A DNA stretch of 64,000 nt, taken from assembly GCF_009914755.1 (NCBI RefSeq), contig NC_060939.1; one strand, 5' to 3'. Under the pieces are notes generated by a model, which worked only from the letters and a program-made list of their open reading frames with translations, ran no database searches and was not told the DNA's origin. This document shows positions 60,573-64,000 of the stretch, one piece after another. The stretch is from the human T2T-CHM13v2.0 reference genome, Homo sapiens. The first letter of the stretch is position 1. Every line of letters begins with the position of its first letter. The position numbers and the translations under genes were made by a program.

Positions 60573-61837
60573 ATATTTTTCTTTTTAAACATTTAAAAAA
60601 ATAATAATTATTTATTACATCCCTTCTCACTATTCCTAAGAAATTTTCTTGATGAGACTTTGTGGCTCCCTGATACTAGATTAGCAGACCAGTTTGAGAA
60701 ACACTACACTCTAGATGATGTCTCAGGCCTTTTCAGCTCTGACAGTCTCTGATTCTGTGAATCTGCCTCTATCTGCCTTCTCCTCAGTCCCTCAGCAGAT
60801 TTACTGCTCTACTGGAGAGGGTGGGATTTCCATTCACTGTCACCCAGTGGGGTAGGATTCTCTCTGCTCTCTGTTCCAGTTCCTGGGATTATTGGAGCAT
60901 AAAGAGTTTCTGCTTTATGTGAAATTCCATCTACTGTAATATACTTGCATGAAAGTACAGCCTGGCTTTTGTATCTGCTTTTCAAGATGAGAGTAGTCAC
61001 CACTCAGCTCAGGTTTTTTGGGAATTATATACATTTACATGAAAATTAAAGTGATAAAAGCATATCTTGCCACTTAGACCTTATATACTGTCCTACCGTA
61101 AGGAATTTATCGTCACAGAGAATAATTGCTACCTGTAGCGAATATTAGGCAGGTTATTAGTCTACATATGATCAGATAAGGAAAGAGAGTCCCAGAAGGG
61201 AACCAAATGGTAAATGAATCAGAGAGGAGAGTGGAAGGGTGGTTCAGCAGCAGCTGCTGGGTCCAGCAGTCACTGGCATCTAGGCATGGTGCCAGCTAGA
61301 ATTGGGGAAAGGAGCCATGTCAAGGCATAGGGATGGGGCATTGGCCAACTCAGGTACTTCCCTCCTAGTTCCACCTGTCCTTCATAAGCTGCGAAAGATT
61401 GTATTTCTTTTTCCTTGTTCCATTTGGGATGTGCTAAAGGAGGAGTCAGCTTCTGCCTTCATTCTCTCTCCCTGGTTGGGAGGTTTTAGATTCAGAGCTG
61501 TCCAAGACAACCCAGCATTTCCATGTACCCTGCAGTCAAGATGATACACCCACCAATTTTTGTCTGCTCTAGATTTAGAGCCAAAGTAATTGTGAAAGTT
61601 AAATTTATATCCGTGTGGCTCCTTTGGCATTGCTTTCTCTATTCTTTTTCCTGCCTGTTATTTGTGTGGGGTATCATCAGGGTCACAGTGGAAGATTGGG
61701 TAAATACGCCAAAACTGACATCAGAGGACATATGGAGATAAACTTGTGTCAAAGATTTGGCCTATCTAGCTGTTGAGGAGCTCTGCGCACAAGCCCCCAC
61801 ACATTTTAACAGGACCCATTAAGATTTGTGGACTACG

Positions 61838-61874
61838 ATGCTTCTTGGCCTTTTGGCTACAATCAAGTATGATA
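61838..61874 (+). pseudogene. 3'-truncated U2 snRNA pseudogene (first ~35 nt)
   Basis: atgcttcttggccttttggctacaatcaagt resembles the U2 5' end ATCGCTTCTCGGCCTTTTGGCTAAGATCAAGTGTAGTA; its end is duplicated as the TSD of the adjacent AluY (aagtgtaatattcg, 62170-62183). Confidence 0.8.
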
Positions 61875-61972
61875 TTCGTGCCAGGTACAGTGGCTCATGT
61901 CTGTAATCCCAGCACTTTGGGAGGCTGAGGCGGGTGGATCACAAGGTCAGGAGATCGAGACCATCCTGGTTA

Positions 61973-62345
<373 letters not shown>

Positions 62346-63463
62346 GTATGTTCTTTCCTTTCTCACTTCCCTTCCCATTTTAGGAAATGAATACCAGTAG
62401 TTTAGTGAAATGGGGAGCAGGGTTTGTGGAGAGAAGAAGATAAAAACCAAAGGGGAATAATAGAGTTCTTTTATTTGGAACAGAGCCCAGGTTTTAGCTG
62501 CAGAGGAATGGGAAAGTCAGAGACCCCAAGTTGAGTCAGGGCCCTGCCATTTATTAGCGGTGTGATCTTGAACAAGTCTCTTCACTTCTTCGAGTTCTGG
62601 TGTTCTCATGTGTTAAATGAAGGTCTGGACTAAGTGATCCTTCCAGCTCTGATATTCTCTGGTTTTAGTGATGGCAGAGGAATATGGCACCCATTGAGAA
62701 CAGAGTTACATAGAGTGGTTGAAGCCCCCACCAGGGGTTACTTTCATGTGACTTTGCCACAGTTGCAGGTGAGAAAAATAGAAATCAGAAAGGGTGAAGG
62801 CAGCTGGCCTTCAGAAAGAATGCTGCAGATATCATCAAAACTTCCCTTCCCTTAGAGCCTGAGGAAGCTTCTCTCATAAGCAGGGAGAGAATCCAATAGA
62901 TGGGGTATTTTGGCTTCTGGAATTACACTTAGCTCTGGTGGCTTGAGCTTCTTGATTTCCGTGCGCAGATGCTCAGTTGTTTTGAGAAAGCATGAATAAT
63001 AACCAGTGGTACAGTGGGCAGAGAACCTGTCATGGAGCTTCCTTTGGAGAAAAGGGACAGGACATGTAGACAAACAATGAGCTGGAATGGCCTATAAGAA
63101 TTTGAGTTTAGTTGGGAAGACTCCCCAAATTGACCCCTGTGAAAAAATCTGTAACTGATCCAATACAGTTCTGATCTTGATGCAGGTGTTTCTAAAACCG
63201 GGGTCTGCTGAGCCAGGACAGTCATTTTCATGGGAGGAAAATTTATAAGCTGAGGGTAATTGGATGCAGTACCCTTGAGAGGGTGATTGGACATAGTACC
63301 TTGCATGATGTGGCTGTGGCAGGAGGTTCATGCTAGTTCCCTCCAGCCTAACCAGGAACTATTTGCCTTTCTTATCCTGATATCCTCCTGTATCATTCAC
63401 TGGGGGAATCAGAGAAGGACATTATGTCCTTACCAGTTCTCCATGCCAGCCGTTGGTCTAGAT

Positions 63464-63986
63464 CAACCTTTTTGGCACCAGGGACCAATTTTGTGGAAGG
63501 CACTTTTTCCACAGATGGTGGAATGGGGATGGTTTCAGGGTGATTCAAATGCATTACATTTGTTGTGCACTTTATTTCTGTTATTATTACATTGTAATAT
63601 ATAATGAATACAACTCACCATAATGTAGAATCAGTGAGAGCCCTGAGCTTGTTTTCTTGCAACTAGACAGTCCCATCTGGGGGTGATGGGAGACAGTGAC
63701 AGATCATCAGGCATTATAGTCTCATAAAGAGTGAGCAACCTAGATTCCTTGCATGCACAATTCACAATAGAGTTCACGCTCCTATGTGAATCTTGTGCCA
63801 ATGCTGATCTGACAGGAGGCAGGGCTTAGGCAGTAATGCAAGTGATGGAGAGCGAGTCTGGAGAGCGAGTCTAAATATAGGTGAAGTTTCACTCACTTGC
63901 CCACCACTCAGCTCCTCCTGTGTGGCCCGATTCCCAACAGGCCATGGACCAGTATCAGTCCATGGCCCAGGAGTTGGAGACCCCTG
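63464..63986. mobile_element. MER1A-type hAT/Charlie non-autonomous DNA transposon
   Basis: Perfect 8-bp TSD gtctagat (63456-63463, 63987-63994); right TIR gttggagacccctg; left TIR lacks ~10 nt. Confidence 0.85.
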
Positions 63987-64000
63987 GTCTAGATGTTCCC

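Overview
Primate (very probably human, 15q22.31) genomic DNA, very Alu-dense (roughly 70-75 Alu copies or fragments, about a third of the window). It holds the 5' ends of two divergently transcribed genes, each with its own CpG-island promoter, about 12.8 kb apart. DPP8 (dipeptidyl peptidase 8) is on the minus strand: non-coding exon 1, the long-isoform coding exon and four further coding exons, continuing off the left edge. HACD3/PTPLAD1 (3-hydroxyacyl-CoA dehydratase 3) is on the plus strand: coding exons 1-3, continuing off the right edge. Other elements: a full-length U6/L1 chimeric retrogene with a perfect 14-bp TSD, a 3'-truncated U2 pseudogene, a Y4 RNA pseudogene, a full-length Alu-interrupted Tigger1, MER1A/MER2/MER3 DNA transposons, several solo LTRs, and old L1/L2/MIR fragments. 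Almost all ORF-track entries are Alu-derived and non-coding. Most interesting observations: (i) the DPP8 exon 1 uORF (MKRRRPAP*, NLS-like) is in frame with the main ORF, separated by a single UAG-C followed after 8 nt by a G-quadruplex motif; (ii) the U6-L1 fusion junction creates an AATAAA on the HACD3 sense strand with UGUA upstream and CA/GU downstream. Gene and repeat names come from recalled sequences, not database searches; repeat boundaries are approximate.
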